Virus record (IMG/VR): IMGVR_UViG_3300030102_001647
Coordinates: 1-57,340 of that record
Source: a virus
Taxonomy: Duplodnaviria; Caudoviricetes
Reading direction: 5' to 3' (one strand)
Length of the DNA: 57,340 nucleotides
Shown here: positions 56,082 to 57,340 of the stretch, piece after piece
How positions within the stretch are numbered: position 1 is the stretch's first letter
Layout: each line of letters begins with the position of its first letter
The notes under the pieces: generated by a model
The model's database searches: none
What the model saw: the letters and a program-made list of their open reading frames with translations, nothing else
Told to the model about the DNA's origin: nothing
Made by a program: the position numbers and the translations under genes

Positions 56082-56360
56082 ATGAGTTTAACAAAAGAAT
56101 TTCAATATGACTGCGAAGTAAGGGGCGAACACAAGAACGTCCAGGTTCGTAAGGCAACAATCGTGAAAGATGATGGTGTAGAAATCAGCCGCACCTATCA
56201 CAGACACGTTTTGCATTGCCGCACAAAGACTGATGGCACTTGGGGTGACACAGACATTTCAGGTGAAGACGCATCAGTACAGGCGGTATGTAACGCCGTG
56301 TGGACAGACGATATAAAATCAGCCTACGAAACATTTGTAGATAATCAAGAGACACTTTAA
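56082..56360 (+). CDS. Small fibre-associated protein (possible chaperone)
   Basis: VQVRKAT..DDGVEISR.YHRHV...VQAVCNAVWT; AGGAG RBS. Confidence 0.7.
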   Translation: MSLTKEFQYDCEVRGEHKNVQVRKATIVKDDGVEISRTYHRHVLHCRTKTDGTWGDTDISGEDASVQAVCNAVWTDDIKSAYETFVDNQETL

Positions 56361-57109
56361 TGACTAGACCAAGAGACATAGCCGATAGCATTAACCGCAT
56401 TAACAGCAGTGCGGCTGACGCTACGGCTATGACTATTGATAGTAGTGAGAATGTCGGTATCGGCACGAGCAGCATATCATCACTTGGCACAGGAATAACC
56501 ACGCTTGAATTAAAGGGTAATTCTGCTTCTCAATCAGACAGGTCAGGTGGGATACGCTTCACCCGTTACGACGGAAGCGATGGAATGTATATCTACAATG
56601 CCGATGGCGCAAGTTATATTGAAAGCAGGTCAACATACCCGCTTTTGATTACAACCAACGGTTCAGAACGTATGCGTATTCTTTCAGGCGGCGGTCTTAC
56701 CTTTAACGGCGACACTGCGGCGGCTAATGCGCTGGATGATTATGAAGAGGGGACTTGGACGCCTTCTGCTGCAACTGGCACACTGAGTGCAGGTTGGGCA
56801 ACCTATACAAAAATTGGTAATTTAGTAACAGTTTACACTCAATTGGGTAGTTTTTCTGATAGAACCAGCACTAATGGTGTAGGAATAAACGGGTTGCCTT
56901 TTACATCTGGTGGACACGGTTCTGTAGGTTCTGTTTTGCATCAATATGCAAATGCAGGTGGCGACCAAGTTGTAGCTTACATTACTAGCGGAACATCACA
57001 GATGAAACTGTATCAATTGACAGCAAACAATCAGTTTAATGAAATTCGCCACGCAGATTTAAGTTCAACTCTTTCTCAATTTTATATTACAATAACTTAC
57101 AGAGTATAA
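56360..57109 (+). CDS. Tail fibre / receptor-binding protein 3
   Basis: MTRPRDIAD N-terminus; ANALDDYEEGTWTP C-domain. Confidence 0.8.
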   Translation: MTRPRDIADSINRINSSAADATAMTIDSSENVGIGTSSISSLGTGITTLELKGNSASQSDRSGGIRFTRYDGSDGMYIYNADGASYIESRSTYPLLITTNGSERMRILSGGGLTFNGDTAAANALDDYEEGTWTPSAATGTLSAGWATYTKIGNLVTVYTQLGSFSDRTSTNGVGINGLPFTSGGHGSVGSVLHQYANAGGDQVVAYITSGTSQMKLYQLTANNQFNEIRHADLSSTLSQFYITITYRV

Positions 57110-57133
57110 CCCGTCTGGAAGTCGGGTCGGACA
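57107..57133 (+). repeat. Post-stop hairpin element, copy 3
   Basis: Identical 27 bp to copy 2. Confidence 0.9.
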
Positions 57134-57148
57134 ACAGGAAAACAATTA

Positions 57149-57340
57149 ATGGCATATATCGGTAGAGAAAATAATGGTTTCGGGGTTCGTAGTAGGTTTA
57201 TCTACACTGCTACGGGTGGGCAAACCACGTTTAATACTGATGACAGTGGCAATGCACTATCATATTCAGACGGTGCTTATGTAGATGTTTATCTTAACGG
57301 TGTGCTTCTTGACCCTGCTGATTACACAGACACAAGTCTT
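57149..57340 (+). CDS. Tail fibre protein, 3' partial
   Basis: MAYIGRE...YTATGGQTTF...VDVYLNGVLLDPADY, open to the window end. Confidence 0.75.
   Translation, partial: MAYIGRENNGFGVRSRFIYTATGGQTTFNTDDSGNALSYSDGAYVDVYLNGVLLDPADYTDTSL

Noticed and set aside
53851-57133. Diversity-generating retroelement (variable C-termini followed by a hairpin)
   Set aside because: No reverse transcriptase or template repeat in the window; the C-domains differ at all four bases and by indels, not only at adenines
53851-57133. Invertase-type shufflon
   Set aside because: All repeats are direct, every cassette has its own start, and no recombinase gene is recognisable
54748-57133. CRISPR array
   Set aside because: Repeats are 1.1-1.3 kb apart and separated by whole genes; the Cas4-like gene is an ordinary replication exonuclease
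57149-57340. Direct circular join of the window end to the window start
   Set aside because: The terminal ORF continued at position 1 hits TGA after 10 codons and is out of frame with the 2..1075 fibre, so sequence is missing
1-57340. Prophage/host flanks, stop-codon recoding, introns or inteins
   Set aside because: No integrase or host housekeeping genes; genes are intact under the standard code with TAA, TAG and TGA all used as stops; TerL, PolA, NrdJ and helicase have normal lengths

Overview
The window is nearly the whole genome of an apparently lytic, short-tailed (podovirus-like) dsDNA phage, probably marine (inferred from the gene families). It has two arms. The minus-strand arm (36.7 kb to 15.3 kb) holds small early genes, then a T7/SIO1-like replisome without its own RNA polymerase (primase-helicase, Tyr762-type PolA, SSB, exonuclease, endonuclease I, class II B12-dependent RNR), then a sugar-modification operon (GT, GT-methyltransferase-MAF/DUF115 fusion, GDP-mannose 4,6-dehydratase) with TerS embedded in it. 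The plus-strand arm (37.4 kb to the end, continuing 1-15.3 kb) holds TerL, portal, GroES, scaffold, MCP, adaptors, a set of small K/R-rich 'xxGG' proteins, tail fibres, ejection proteins and lysis genes. Both window ends fall inside tail-fibre genes. Main observations: (1) three tail-fibre genes whose variable C-terminal domain lies between a conserved ~100-bp coding block and an identical non-coding hairpin element starting exactly at the stop codon; (2) a perfect sigma70 promoter, with a palindrome spanning its spacer, driving a ~60-nt terminator-ended RNA whose loop is an anti-Shine-Dalgarno CU tract, in front of the glycosylation/TerS operon; (3) a chlorovirus-like virion glycosylation toolkit alongside Ala/Ser/Thr-repeat structural proteins; (4) a family of basic proteins sharing GG motifs and C-terminal tags; (5) a repeated, covarying stem-loop bracketing early genes. 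All calls are made by eye from motifs; no database searches were run.
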